A stretch of 64,000 nt of DNA from Spirochaetia bacterium. GTDB taxonomy: Bacteria; Spirochaetota; Spirochaetia; UBA9216. A model generated the notes under the pieces. The model was not told the origin of the DNA. It saw only the letters and a program-made list of their open reading frames with translations, and made no database searches. Of this stretch, positions 1 through 10,882 are shown piece by piece. Within the stretch, counting starts at the first letter, position 1; each line of letters opens with the position of its first letter. Both the position numbers and the translations under genes were made by a program. Location: positions 64,001 to 128,000 of the forward strand of contig OZ223272.1 of the NCBI GenBank assembly GCA_965140585.1. The letters run 5' to 3'.

Positions 1-481
1 ATCCAGGAGTATGTCCCGGCGCAGATAATACTTCAATTTTGTGTTCTCCAAAAGTAAAGACATCACCATCATCAACGAACTTTGTGATATGAGGCATCCT
101 CTGCTCTTCCTGTTCACGGTTATCAACTGCCCAGACCATAAACGAAGCATCTTCTTTACTTAGAGCTACTTCACAACCGGTTCTAATGCGGACTTTATCG
201 GCCCCCATATAATGATCAAAATGGCCATGTGTTATAAACAGTGTTAATATTTTCTCATTTTCAAATCCAAGTTTTTTTAATCCCGGAATCAGAAATTCAT
301 CATCTGCACCGTATTTATCCATGGCTTCAAACAAGATAAGGCCTTCGTTGGTTTTTAAAATATAAAAACCGACCAACTTGTTCCCTACAAAGAAAAAATC
401 ATCAAAAAGTTTAACTGGTTCGATCGGTTGGAATAAGGATGGATCGAAATCATGTTTTACATTGTTGTCAGAGGCTGCCAT
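1..481 (-). CDS. MBL-fold metallo-hydrolase, B3-like (3' end outside window)
   Basis: Not in ORF track; my translation from ATG 481 after AAGGAG: MAASDNNVKHDFDPSLFQPIEPVKLFDDFFFVG...THGHFDH...APGHTPG. Confidence 0.85.
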   Translation of the reverse strand, partial: MAASDNNVKHDFDPSLFQPIEPVKLFDDFFFVGNKLVGFYILKTNEGLILFEAMDKYGADDEFLIPGLKKLGFENEKILTLFITHGHFDHYMGADKVRIRTGCEVALSKEDASFMVWAVDNREQEEQRMPHITKFVDDGDVFTFGEHKIEVLSAPGHTPG

Positions 482-522
482 TATGCAATTTTCTCCTTAT
501 TATAAATAGTCTGAAAATAAGA

Positions 523-553
523 TGACCCTCCCCGGATTATCCGGGTCGGGTCA
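523..553 (-). terminator. Intergenic stem-loop (terminator or mRNA stabiliser)
   Basis: TGACCC-TC-CCCGGA tta TCCGGG-TC-GGGTCA between permease and MBL genes. Confidence 0.5.
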
Positions 554-599
554 AAGATAGATTTGATTGTATGGTTCTTCAATCAAAATATTGATTTGG

Positions 600-1892
600 T
601 TAGTGTATGCTGAAATAAAACGGAATCCATATAATCGAAACTATAGCAGACAATGCAATTACCGGAGCACTGAATTTTATCATTTCTTTCATACTATATC
701 CCCCAAGCTGGTATGCTACCAGAGAACTTGGCGAAGAAAGCGGAGTCCCGAAACTTGCAAGAGCGGAACCGTCAATTGCACATACAAGAGGTGCCGCATT
801 TATTCCATGCTGCATACCTGCAACTATGGCAATTGGGGTAAAAATGTTAATCAAACCCATGTTATCCAAAAATTGAGTCAATATGACAAGGATGACAAAT
901 AGTCCGGCAATTACTACAATTAAGCTGCCGCTGCTGAAGATACCTGACATGGCGATCGCAAGCATCTCACCCGCACCGCTTTTTCCTATAGCCGTTACCA
1001 ACGCAAGCATAAGTCCCATAAAAAAGATCAATGGCCAATGAACACTTTTAAATGCTTCGCGCTCAGTCTGTACGCCAATTAGAACACTGATAATTGCTGC
1101 AACTGTAGAAATTAGAGCGATATCCACACCAATCTGCCTGCTGATGCCCATTAAAACCATAGTTGCGAGAAAAAGCACATATATCACTTTTTCCTTCCAG
1201 GGCGGCAGTTCAGATTTTTTTAAAACCGTGTTTTCATGATCAAAAGAATCAGTTTTGGCTAAATGTCTTTTGGGTAACAACTTATAACCAATAAATATTA
1301 CATACAAAAGGACAATGATAGTTCCGGGCAATCTGGATAAACTTAGATCCCAGAAACCCAATTCACCTACGCCTCCAACATTTGCAATTATTTGGTTTTT
1401 CATCAGGAACATACTTGCAGCTGAGCCAATCGGAAGAGCCATTAAGCCGGCCTGTGCCCCTACTGAAGCCGGCAGAACGAGTATAGTCGGTGATATATCT
1501 ACTTCATCAGCAAGAGCAATAAGGAGCGGCAATACTGTAATCATTGAAGTAACTCCACCGATAAACTGACATAAGATGAAGGGAATTACAGTAGCAGCCA
1601 CTAACAGGATTCTCACACTGCCGCCTTTAAAATTCCGAATCAACCCGGCAATATTAACAAGTATATTTGTTTTTAAAAGAGCTCCTACGAGAATCATCAT
1701 GCCTACCATAACTATGATATTTCGACTGACAAAATTTTCAAATACTTCTGTTGTATTTAAAACCCCCGTCACCCATAAAAACGCAACACTGATAGCAGTT
1801 GCTACTGAAGCCGGGAGCTTCCCAGTCAACAACATTACTGCAACAAATACAAAAGCTGCCAATGTAAAAATCAAATCTAAATTACCTTCCAT
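600..1892 (-). CDS. SLC13/CitMHS-family anion permease
   Basis: 430 aa, highly hydrophobic; LTQFLDN, SFGTPLSSPS and GGYSMKEMIKF motifs. Confidence 0.8.
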   Translation of the reverse strand: MEGNLDLIFTLAAFVFVAVMLLTGKLPASVATAISVAFLWVTGVLNTTEVFENFVSRNIIVMVGMMILVGALLKTNILVNIAGLIRNFKGGSVRILLVAATVIPFILCQFIGGVTSMITVLPLLIALADEVDISPTILVLPASVGAQAGLMALPIGSAASMFLMKNQIIANVGGVGELGFWDLSLSRLPGTIIVLLYVIFIGYKLLPKRHLAKTDSFDHENTVLKKSELPPWKEKVIYVLFLATMVLMGISRQIGVDIALISTVAAIISVLIGVQTEREAFKSVHWPLIFFMGLMLALVTAIGKSGAGEMLAIAMSGIFSSGSLIVVIAGLFVILVILTQFLDNMGLINIFTPIAIVAGMQHGINAAPLVCAIDGSALASFGTPLSSPSSLVAYQLGGYSMKEMIKFSAPVIALSAIVSIIWIPFYFSIH

Positions 1893-2037
1893 TTTACCTC
1901 CAAATTTTCAGGATTATTATTAATCCTGCCTTATCCTAATTGTGTGAAATGATAAATAATGATTTGCTTAGTCGACCAGCATCTTTATTCGAATCTTACA
2001 TTCACAATATTCAGGTGTCAATTCTGAAAAATATATA

Positions 2038-3258
2038 CTAGTATGACATTTCAGAATGGAATCTTTCAAAATAATTGAAGATTTCAGCAAGAGCGTTTGT
2101 CCATCCGGTTTGATGTGCGCCGCCTCCAACAACCTGATATTCAACAGGTACACCCTTTTTAAGAAGATATGGATATCCCTCTCTGAATGTATATTGTGCA
2201 TCAAATTCATCCTCACTGGATATCAAAAGTAAAAATGCCGTTTTTTTAGACTTTAGATTATCTGTGTCTAAAAAGGTTGCTGTAGTCATACCTCCAGAGC
2301 ACACTGCAGCACGAAAAAAAGGACTTTCAATACACGAAACTTGCTGAAAAATCCCCATGCTTCCGCCGGAATTTCCAAGTGCATACATATTTTTGGAATC
2401 AATATTGTACCTGTTCATTGCATCCTGTATTTGGAGTAATACGGATTTTTCTGCGATATCACACCATTGCTTCTCATTGTCTGTTAAACCGCATGGATTG
2501 GGCGTTGATGGAGAAATCGAACAATATCCCGGAGGTAATTTTGAAGCACCGAAAAAAGTAAATTTACGATAGCTGCAGAGTGATAATAAAATATACCCGT
2601 ATCTTTCCGCATATCGCGAGATTTCATGGCTTGTATGATTGAACATATAGTTTTGATTAGAATCTCCACCATGAAAGCACACTAAGGTCTTATTAGGAGT
2701 GTCAGGGTTGTACGAAAAAGGTATATACATCCGATAGGGGATAATTCTCCGAGCCTCTTCATTCCACAAAGAATAATCCTGGTAACCATAAAATTTAATA
2801 TGCAAACGATCTTCTAGTGCTTTAAGTTTAAATCTGGAAGGAAACGTTTCTGTAACGGGGGCGTCTGAATCGATCGCAATTATTGCAATATTTTCATCTT
2901 GTTCACCTTCCCTATTCATAGAACCGCACATAGCAGAGAAGACATCAATGTATGTTATTCCATTTTCTATAATCACATCTTCTATAGCTAAACTGATCTC
3001 TTTGGTATTTTTCAGCGGATGAGCGTATTTAATACTCACTTGTTTGTCATCTTTTTTAAAATCTAAATATGGTGCATATATGCGGCGTACGTCTTCAGCA
3101 GCCAGATATATCGCTTTCCCTTTTATAAACGGGCTGTAAACCGGCTGATACAGGTATGTATCTAAAAATATCGTTATATTTTTATTTTCTTTAATAAAAA
3201 TTGCATACTGAAAATCATATGCGTATTCTTTCCCCTTCGGTGCTGCAGGTATACTCAT
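2038..3258 (-). CDS. Alpha/beta-hydrolase (esterase-like) with unassigned N-terminal domain
   Basis: YRMYIP, FHGG oxyanion motif, GNSGG nucleophile elbow, C-terminal GGAH. Confidence 0.7.
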   Translation of the reverse strand: MSIPAAPKGKEYAYDFQYAIFIKENKNITIFLDTYLYQPVYSPFIKGKAIYLAAEDVRRIYAPYLDFKKDDKQVSIKYAHPLKNTKEISLAIEDVIIENGITYIDVFSAMCGSMNREGEQDENIAIIAIDSDAPVTETFPSRFKLKALEDRLHIKFYGYQDYSLWNEEARRIIPYRMYIPFSYNPDTPNKTLVCFHGGDSNQNYMFNHTSHEISRYAERYGYILLSLCSYRKFTFFGASKLPPGYCSISPSTPNPCGLTDNEKQWCDIAEKSVLLQIQDAMNRYNIDSKNMYALGNSGGSMGIFQQVSCIESPFFRAAVCSGGMTTATFLDTDNLKSKKTAFLLLISSEDEFDAQYTFREGYPYLLKKGVPVEYQVVGGGAHQTGWTNALAEIFNYFERFHSEMSY

Positions 3259-3284
3259 ACATCCTCCTTTTATATGTGAAATTA

Positions 3285-4673
3285 TTATTCAAGTATTCGT
3301 TTAATTCCTTTTTCAAAATTTTCGTTTCCCGTCAAAGAAATCATTTTCCTTTCTTCCCTACCTATCTCAAATACATTCATTAAGTCTTTATCATACGGCT
3401 CCCATAAATTTTTGTTTGTATAATTAGGATCTCCGGTTTTCATGAAATTCGCCCAGTAATCCGCCAACTCATTTGACAACTCCCAGTCCCGCCCTGTATA
3501 AGGCCGGAAAGAACGGTTCAAAGTCTGAAAAACATAGTGATGTTCAACTGAATGGTGTGCATCGGCAGCTCCGGGAGGGACGTTTGAGAAGTAATACAGG
3601 TAACAGGGTTTTCTGTTGAGACGGTTATTGTTTTCCGCGAAAGCCAGATTATTTATTGTAATTTCAGGGAATTCATCACAGGTTGAGCCTAACATGTAAT
3701 CAATTTCGGGATATTCGCCATTCTTAAAAAGTTCAGTAACAGGTTCGGGGAATAAAGTTCCGTCATCAATCGGAGAGAACCTCATATACCCCCCCATCAG
3801 AGAGGGTGTATCGTTCTCATTAATTCTAACACTGTTGAAACGCGAGCAGGCTTCAAGAATATCACCGGAAGATAACTTTCTGGCTTCTGATATTGATGAA
3901 ACACTCAGCATCTTAAAAAAGTGTGCCCCGACCTCTTCTGCCCGCTCTAAAGAAGAAGACCAATATGAATAAACTTTTCGTATACCTCCACCGCTCTGCA
4001 TTATCGCACGATGAAATAAGCCTTTGCTTGCTGGAGCAACACAGAGGTTTGCAACACTGGATGCCCCTCCGCTTTGCCCAAACAGAGTAATGCATTCGGG
4101 GTCACCACCAAAGGCTATAATATTCTCTTTAACCCAGTTCAAAGCTGCAATCTGATCTTTAACACCATAATTACCTGAAACACCGTTTTGCTCGGCACTT
4201 AACTCAGGATGCGCTAAATAACCGAAAACATTCAATCGATAAGCGATTGTAACCATAATTACACCCCGCTTGCAAAACCCCTCTCCATCATAACAATTCA
4301 GGTAACTATAACCGCTCTGATGCCCCCCGCCGTGGATATAAACAGCTACCGGCAGTTTTTCTTCAGGGGCTTTCGCCGGAGTCCAGATATTCAAGTAAAG
4401 GCAATCTTCACTTTTGTCATAGTTGCCGACATAAAATTCTGTAGAAACTATGCCGCCGCCTTCTGAAGCCTTTTCTTCCTGCATTGCCTTTGGACCAAAC
4501 TTGTAACATTGGCGAACTCCCTCCCAGGGCTTAACCGGCTGAGGGTCTTTCCATCGGAAATCCCCCACTGGAGGCTCTGCAAACGGTACACCGCGGAAGA
4601 CAGAAAACATTTGATTGGATGCAGGCAAACCTTCTACCAACCCTGCAGTTGTTTTCGCTTTAATTAATGCCAT
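3285..4673 (-). CDS. Type-B carboxylesterase
   Basis: FRGVPFAEPPVG, SEDCLYLNIW, IHGGG, FGQSGG, WANFMKTGDPN. Confidence 0.93.
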   Translation of the reverse strand: MALIKAKTTAGLVEGLPASNQMFSVFRGVPFAEPPVGDFRWKDPQPVKPWEGVRQCYKFGPKAMQEEKASEGGGIVSTEFYVGNYDKSEDCLYLNIWTPAKAPEEKLPVAVYIHGGGHQSGYSYLNCYDGEGFCKRGVIMVTIAYRLNVFGYLAHPELSAEQNGVSGNYGVKDQIAALNWVKENIIAFGGDPECITLFGQSGGASSVANLCVAPASKGLFHRAIMQSGGGIRKVYSYWSSSLERAEEVGAHFFKMLSVSSISEARKLSSGDILEACSRFNSVRINENDTPSLMGGYMRFSPIDDGTLFPEPVTELFKNGEYPEIDYMLGSTCDEFPEITINNLAFAENNNRLNRKPCYLYYFSNVPPGAADAHHSVEHHYVFQTLNRSFRPYTGRDWELSNELADYWANFMKTGDPNYTNKNLWEPYDKDLMNVFEIGREERKMISLTGNENFEKGIKRILE

Positions 4674-4779
4674 GCGTCCTCCTTATCTTTAAACTATTAA
4701 TTTATATCATCATATGATCACGCTGGCTATCATCCAATTTTCATGGTAGTATAACTAAATCTTCATCTGATAAGGTGGT

Positions 4780-5691
4780 TTGATTTTGGATACTCGGCTT
4801 CTTGAATATTTTCTGACCCTTTGCGAACAAGAACACATTTCAAGTACAGCAGCAGTTTTAGGAATCTCTCAGCCTGCATTAAGCAAAAGTATTTCAAAAT
4901 TAGAAGAAGAAATTGGCATTAAACTATTTGATCGTCATAAAAATCATATCAGGATTAATGATTATGGAAGAATATTTGCCGAACGTGCAAGAAACATTCT
5001 CGCGGAACTACGAAACGGAATTGATGAAATACACCAATCAAAATATGATTACTGCGGAGAGATCAGAATCATCTGCCGAGCATTTGTTGACAGTATCAAC
5101 GACTGCATTTTAGCCTATTGCAAATTGAATCCAAGGATAAAAATTAATATTACTCAATCCGGTGATTCTGAGAACAACTTCGGTAAACAACCTGACTTTA
5201 TTTTAACAACTCAATATGATTCGATTCTAAGCACCAAAGGAGATCTTGTATGGCTCCCTCACCCACTATTATCTGAGTCATATCGAATTCTGATTTCCCC
5301 TAGATATCGCAAATATTCGGGGGATGTGACATCACTCTCTATAAAAGAACTGGAAGATGATTTATTTGTTATCTTACCTGAAGTCACAGTTTTTTATACC
5401 GACATAACTTACAAGCTAAGCAAAGCTGCCGGGTTTTCTCCGAAAATCATCTGCAAAACTGAAGACTTTATAACCAAAATGCGGTTCGTAGATTCTGGAT
5501 TAGGCATCTGTATACTGCCTGAATGCTGCTTAAGAATTGCTGAGCAAATTTCTCCTGACATCCAAATTTTCAATATAAAAGATTTTAATACACAGAGGAC
5601 TTTATTTCTGTTAAGTCAGAATGAATCCATGATGTCCGAATGCTCTGCTGATTTCTTGGATTATGTGAAGGAATATTATTGCACACTGTAG
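4780..5691 (+). CDS. LysR-family regulator, divergent from esterase operon
   Basis: ISQPALSKSISKLEEEIGIKLFDR HTH; 303 aa. Confidence 0.93.
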   Translation: MILDTRLLEYFLTLCEQEHISSTAAVLGISQPALSKSISKLEEEIGIKLFDRHKNHIRINDYGRIFAERARNILAELRNGIDEIHQSKYDYCGEIRIICRAFVDSINDCILAYCKLNPRIKINITQSGDSENNFGKQPDFILTTQYDSILSTKGDLVWLPHPLLSESYRILISPRYRKYSGDVTSLSIKELEDDLFVILPEVTVFYTDITYKLSKAAGFSPKIICKTEDFITKMRFVDSGLGICILPECCLRIAEQISPDIQIFNIKDFNTQRTLFLLSQNESMMSECSADFLDYVKEYYCTL

Positions 5692-5926
5692 ATTCTATTC
5701 TGGATAGCCACTTGTCAATAGTAACACTACGCAAGTCATATGAAGTCTACCCTGTAGGCTATAGTAGTTTTATTGCTTAACAATTTTTGGCATGTAACGG
5801 ATTATATTGCTTTCCGAATCCCAGCATAAAGCCGCTTTCACTAAGGAACAATAAAATATTTATTTAAATAGCAAACTTCACACCAAACCAAATCCTTATC
5901 AAACTTATAATATTTATCCTTTTTCC

Positions 5927-5955
5927 TTGACCCCTCAATGCTCAGTAATTAAATT
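5927..5955 (+). promoter_or_regulatory. Sigma-70-type promoter of lon
   Basis: TTGACC-N17-TAAATT; the ORF-track TTG start coincides with this -35. Confidence 0.5.
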
Positions 5956-5992
5956 CAATATAGATTTAACTATAAAGAGGGGTAAATATATA

Positions 5993-8371
5993 ATGAATAT
6001 GTTAACCGAAAACAGACTACCTGTTCTTCCCCTCAAAGGCACCGTGCTGATGCATGGGGGACAGACTGAACTAATTATTACAGGTACGGCATCGGCATTA
6101 TTTGACCGAATGACTCGTTCAGGACAGCATAACGCCATTGCTGTCACAATTAAAGATTATGATGAAAACAAAAATTTAAAAGAAGAGGACTTCCACAGGA
6201 CAGGAGTCTTTGTAAACATAACCGCAGCAATAAAGGGTGATGATCACATCAAACTCAAAATGGATCTAATTGAAAGGGCATATATCAAAGAGTTTTTCTT
6301 TGAAGATTCCGATGTCTATGCCGGTTATGAGCTGCAGCCCGACACACCCGATCTTTCTGATGTTGAGCAGCTCGAAATGCTCGATTATATGAAGAAACTT
6401 GCACATGAAATTGCTGAAAACTTCCGCGGTTCTGTTTCGATGCTGAAAATTCTTGACCGCATTGATACTGTTACTAAAATGATCGGGTTTTCGGTACAGT
6501 ATCTGAGTATGACAATCGCTGAAAAGCAGGAATTACTTGAAGAACGCTCGCTGCATAAACGGGGTATCAAGTTTATTGATGATCTGCTGAAACAGAAGGA
6601 ATCAGTTAAACTGCAGATCGAGATGGCCCAGAAATTCAATGAGAACACAAACAACCAGTATCGAAAGGCCATGCTGCGTGAACAGCTGAAAGAGATACAG
6701 AAGGAGCTCAACGAAGACAGTCCGTCAAAGAAAAAGAAAGACTACCGTCAGATGATAAACGAGGCGGAACTTCCCGAGGATATCCGAACCTCTGCACTTG
6801 AGGAAGTGGACAAGCTTGAAGCTCAGGGTCCGAACGGTCATGAAGAGGGAATGATCAGAACATATCTTGATCTTATTCTTTCCCTCCCCTGGTTTAAGGG
6901 ACCTGAAAAAGCAATTGACCTTGAAAAGGCCAGAAAGATCCTGGATGAACAGCATTACGGCCTTGATAAAGTGAAGGAAAGAATAATCCAGCATCTTGCT
7001 GTTCTCAAACTTACTGATAAAAAACGCGGAACAATACTTCTTCTTGAAGGACCTCCCGGAACAGGAAAAACCAGCCTTGGAAGAAGCATAGCGGAAGCCC
7101 TCGGTAGAAAGTACGTGAGAATAAGTCTGGGCGGAGTAAAAGATGAAGCTGAAATACGGGGACACAGACGTACCTATATCGGAGCTCTGCCGGGCAGGGT
7201 TATAAGCGGAATGAAGAAGGCAGGAGAGAAAGACCCTGTATTTGTACTTGATGAAATAGACAAGCTGATGGCCGCATACAACGGTGATCCTGCAAGCGCA
7301 CTGCTTGAAGTGCTGGATCCGGAGCAGAACAACAGTTTTACAGATCATTACCTCGATCTACCCTACGATCTTTCAGACGTTTTCTTTATCGCAACGGCAA
7401 ATTCCGTAAGCTCCATTCCGGGACCGCTTCTGGACAGGATGGAAGTTATATCAATCTCAAGCTATACAAATCTTGAGAAATATCACATCGCGGTTGACCA
7501 TTTAATTCCTGAAGTTCTTGAAGAACACGGAATAACCGCAGATCAGCTTCAGTTTGAAGAATCTGCAGTAAATGCGGTAATCTCAGATTACACCAGGGAA
7601 GCCGGAGTACGAGGACTAAAAAAGAAGCTTGCAGCGGTGGCAAGAAAGGCCACTGAAAAAATTGCAGCGGAGGGGCCTGAAACAAAGATTTCAGTAAAGG
7701 CAGAAGACCTTGAGGAAATTCTGGGACACAAGACTGTAAGACTGGAAGATGCCCTTAAGCACATAACTCCGGGTATTGTTACCGGTCTGGCATGGACACC
7801 AGTTGGCGGAGATATTCTGTTTATAGAGAGTACCTTCATGCCCGGCAGCGGGGAACTGATACTGACCGGTCAGCTTGGCGATGTCATGAAGGAATCTGCA
7901 AGGATTTCAGTAAGCCTTATACGCTCAAGAATGGCGAATCAGATTCATCACTTTAAATTTAATGAGAATGATCTGCATATTCATGTACCCTCAGGAAGCA
8001 CCCCGAAGGACGGTCCGTCAGCAGGTATAACTCTATTCACATCGCTGGCTTCGCTTCTTACAGGAAAAACTGTGGATCCTGAAACAGCGATGACCGGAGA
8101 GATAACCCTTCGCGGTTCTGTTCTGCCTGTTGGCGGAATAAAAGAAAAAGTCCTTGCGGCGCACAGGGCTGGAATAAAGAAGATAATAATGTCTGCCGAA
8201 AACAGGCAGGACCTGAAGGATATTCCCGAAGAGGTCCGCGAGAGCCTTGAGTTTGTTTTTATAGAGACCATTGAGGATCTTATAAAGGAAGCACTGGATA
8301 TTGAACTACCCGGACCCCAGATTCTCTACATGCACAGTGATAGCACAAAAAACGTAAATTTTTCCAATTAA
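5993..8371 (+). CDS. lon: ATP-dependent Lon protease
   Basis: GPPGTGKTS, LDEIDK, PKDGPSAG catalytic Ser, GGIKEK; ATG 5993 follows AGAGGGG. Confidence 0.96.
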   Translation: MNMLTENRLPVLPLKGTVLMHGGQTELIITGTASALFDRMTRSGQHNAIAVTIKDYDENKNLKEEDFHRTGVFVNITAAIKGDDHIKLKMDLIERAYIKEFFFEDSDVYAGYELQPDTPDLSDVEQLEMLDYMKKLAHEIAENFRGSVSMLKILDRIDTVTKMIGFSVQYLSMTIAEKQELLEERSLHKRGIKFIDDLLKQKESVKLQIEMAQKFNENTNNQYRKAMLREQLKEIQKELNEDSPSKKKKDYRQMINEAELPEDIRTSALEEVDKLEAQGPNGHEEGMIRTYLDLILSLPWFKGPEKAIDLEKARKILDEQHYGLDKVKERIIQHLAVLKLTDKKRGTILLLEGPPGTGKTSLGRSIAEALGRKYVRISLGGVKDEAEIRGHRRTYIGALPGRVISGMKKAGEKDPVFVLDEIDKLMAAYNGDPASALLEVLDPEQNNSFTDHYLDLPYDLSDVFFIATANSVSSIPGPLLDRMEVISISSYTNLEKYHIAVDHLIPEVLEEHGITADQLQFEESAVNAVISDYTREAGVRGLKKKLAAVARKATEKIAAEGPETKISVKAEDLEEILGHKTVRLEDALKHITPGIVTGLAWTPVGGDILFIESTFMPGSGELILTGQLGDVMKESARISVSLIRSRMANQIHHFKFNENDLHIHVPSGSTPKDGPSAGITLFTSLASLLTGKTVDPETAMTGEITLRGSVLPVGGIKEKVLAAHRAGIKKIIMSAENRQDLKDIPEEVRESLEFVFIETIEDLIKEALDIELPGPQILYMHSDSTKNVNFSN

Positions 8372-8379
8372 CTTATCCC

Positions 8380-8406
8380 CTCCGGTATGCTATGATCATA
8401 CCGGAG
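8380..8406 (+). other. Intergenic hairpin overlapping the GH3 gene RBS
   Basis: CTCCGGTATG-ctatgat-CATACCGGAG, 10-bp perfect stem. Confidence 0.55.
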
Positions 8407-8417
8407 ATTTATTACCG

Positions 8418-10850
8418 ATGAAAACAATTAATAAAATAGAAGAAACTCTTGCAAGACTGACACTTGAAGAGAAAGCTCTGCTTTGTTCCGGTTCAGGCTC
8501 ATGGCACCTACGGGGTATAGAACACGCCGGAATTCCGGAAATCCAGATCTGCGACGGCCCTCATGGTTTACGCAGACAGAATGAAACCGGAGGCGGAGCG
8601 GTGCTGGCCAAAAGCGATCCGGCAACATGCTTTCCTACCGCGGCGGCTCTTGCTGCAAGCTGGAACCGTGAGCTCCTGCGCATTGTCGGGTCTGCGATTG
8701 CTGAAGAATGTATTGCTTCAGATGTTTCGGTAATTCTAGGTCCCGGTGCCAATATAAAGCGAAGTCCTCTCTGCGGCAGGAACTTTGAGTACTACTCTGA
8801 AGACCCCTTTCTGAGCGGAGAACTTGCTGCAGCACAGATCATTGGAACTCAGGAAAAGGGAATCGGTACATCCTTGAAGCACTATGCTGCAAATAATCAG
8901 GAATATCTCCGAATGACTATCGATGCTCTGGTTGATGAAAGGGCTCTGCACGAAATATATCTTTCAGGTTTTGAAAGAGCAGTCAAGCAGGCTGAACCAT
9001 GGACTGTGATGTGTGCATACAACAGCCTCAATGGAGACTTTGCAAGCGAGAACCATCGTCTGCTCACTGAAGTCCTTCGGAAAGACTGGGGTTTTAAAGG
9101 CAGCCTGGTAACGGACTGGGGAGCCTGCAATGACAGGGTAAAAGGCCTGGAAGCAGGCCAGGATATTGAGATGCCCTGGTCTGGTGATGACAATACAAAT
9201 GAGATAGTACGGGCGGTGAATGAGGGCCGGTTAGAGGAAGAACTGCTGGACCAGGCGGTAGGGAGAGTCCTTGAGCTTATATTCCGGTCTGATGAACAGA
9301 AAAAAAACTTCACAGTAAAAACAAATATCCTTGAGATCAATCATAAAATTGCAGCAGAGGCGGCGTCTGAGTGCATCATCCTTTTGAAGAATACAGGTTC
9401 TGTCCTCCCCCTCTCGCCCGATGATAAAATACTTGTATGCGGAGCTTTTGCCCGGGAGCCAAGATATCAGGGAGCCGGGAGTTCAAGAATAAATCCTTCA
9501 AAATTAACTCTCTTTATAGAAGAAATCAGAAAATCCTACCCCGAAGCTGTTTTTTCGGAGGGATACAGCGACAACAGCCTGAACGTCGATGATATGCTGA
9601 TAAGTGAAGCTGTCATCAAGGCAGGTGATGCAGATAAGATAATAGTAACAGCAGGTCTTCCGGATGAATTTGAATCGGAAGGATTTGACCGTGGTCATTT
9701 AAACCTGCCGGAAAGTCACAACAGGCTGATTTCCGAACTGGTGAAAACAGGCAAACCGGTAATTGTATGCCTCAGCAACGGCGGGCCGGTTGAAATGCCC
9801 TGGAACGGTGATGTGCAGGCGGTTGTTGAATGCTACCTGGCAGGTCAGGCCGGAGCCGAGGCACTTGTGAATATACTGACGGGCAAAGTTAATCCTTCCG
9901 GCAAGCTTGCAGAAACCTTCCCTGTAAAACTTTCGGACAGTCCATGTTATGAATATTTTCCCGGAGGACCTCGTCAGGTTGAGTACAGGGAATCGATTTA
10001 TGTCGGCTACCGTTATTACACAACAGCAGGAGTCGCTCCGCTTTATCCATTCGGGCACGGACTCTCTTATACCGGCTTCAGCTATGAAAAACTGTCGGTT
10101 ACTGCACTGGACACCGGGAAGCATGAATATCAGGTAAAAGTCAGAGTTAAAAACACAGGTTCATGTTATGGCAGGGAAACAGTTCAACTGTATGTCAAAC
10201 CGCCGAAATCTTTTATAGACCGTCCTGAAATTGAACTTAAAGGTTTTGAAAAGACAGGACTGGCTCCAGGTGAAGAGGCTGAACTTGTAATGAGCCTTGA
10301 TGAGCGGAGCTTTGCATATTTTTCAGCGATGAAAGGCCGCTGGATCACAATTACCGGCACCTATGAAATCCATATCGGGGCCTCATCGGAAGATATCCGG
10401 CTTAAGACTCAGATTGAAATAGACGGTGAGTCTCAGGAAGCTTCCACGGCGGATTCTGACAGATACAGGCGGATAAAAGACAATCCGAAAGATATTCACG
10501 GTATCAGCACTTCAGATTTCGAAAAGCGATACGGGAAACAGCTTCCTGAAAACCGCCTGCCGCCTCTGATAAACAGGAATACTACCCTGACAGATTTCAC
10601 AAGAACCTTGACCGGAAAACTCTTCATGATTGTAGTAAATAAGATGAACGGTTCTGTTGATGATATCGATGAAAACTCGGCCGGAATGTATGATGCCATG
10701 ACTAAAGAAATGCCGCTGCGCGGACTGGCATTTCTTGGAGGCGATATTCTGAACCTTGAGATGGTGGATGCCCTGATAGAAATGGGAAATGGAAAGTTTT
10801 TCAAGGGACTTTTCAGACTTATAAAAGCGTTTCTAAAAAACCGCAGATAG
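8418..10850 (+). CDS. GH3 beta-glucosidase with Fn3-like domain, cytoplasmic
   Basis: DGPHGLR, GRNFEYYSEDP, KHYAANNQE, VTDWG nucleophile, PFGHGLSYT. Confidence 0.94.
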   Translation: MKTINKIEETLARLTLEEKALLCSGSGSWHLRGIEHAGIPEIQICDGPHGLRRQNETGGGAVLAKSDPATCFPTAAALAASWNRELLRIVGSAIAEECIASDVSVILGPGANIKRSPLCGRNFEYYSEDPFLSGELAAAQIIGTQEKGIGTSLKHYAANNQEYLRMTIDALVDERALHEIYLSGFERAVKQAEPWTVMCAYNSLNGDFASENHRLLTEVLRKDWGFKGSLVTDWGACNDRVKGLEAGQDIEMPWSGDDNTNEIVRAVNEGRLEEELLDQAVGRVLELIFRSDEQKKNFTVKTNILEINHKIAAEAASECIILLKNTGSVLPLSPDDKILVCGAFAREPRYQGAGSSRINPSKLTLFIEEIRKSYPEAVFSEGYSDNSLNVDDMLISEAVIKAGDADKIIVTAGLPDEFESEGFDRGHLNLPESHNRLISELVKTGKPVIVCLSNGGPVEMPWNGDVQAVVECYLAGQAGAEALVNILTGKVNPSGKLAETFPVKLSDSPCYEYFPGGPRQVEYRESIYVGYRYYTTAGVAPLYPFGHGLSYTGFSYEKLSVTALDTGKHEYQVKVRVKNTGSCYGRETVQLYVKPPKSFIDRPEIELKGFEKTGLAPGEEAELVMSLDERSFAYFSAMKGRWITITGTYEIHIGASSEDIRLKTQIEIDGESQEASTADSDRYRRIKDNPKDIHGISTSDFEKRYGKQLPENRLPPLINRNTTLTDFTRTLTGKLFMIVVNKMNGSVDDIDENSAGMYDAMTKEMPLRGLAFLGGDILNLEMVDALIEMGNGKFFKGLFRLIKAFLKNRR

Positions 10851-10882
10851 ACCCATCAGGTCAATCCTGATATTATTTAATT

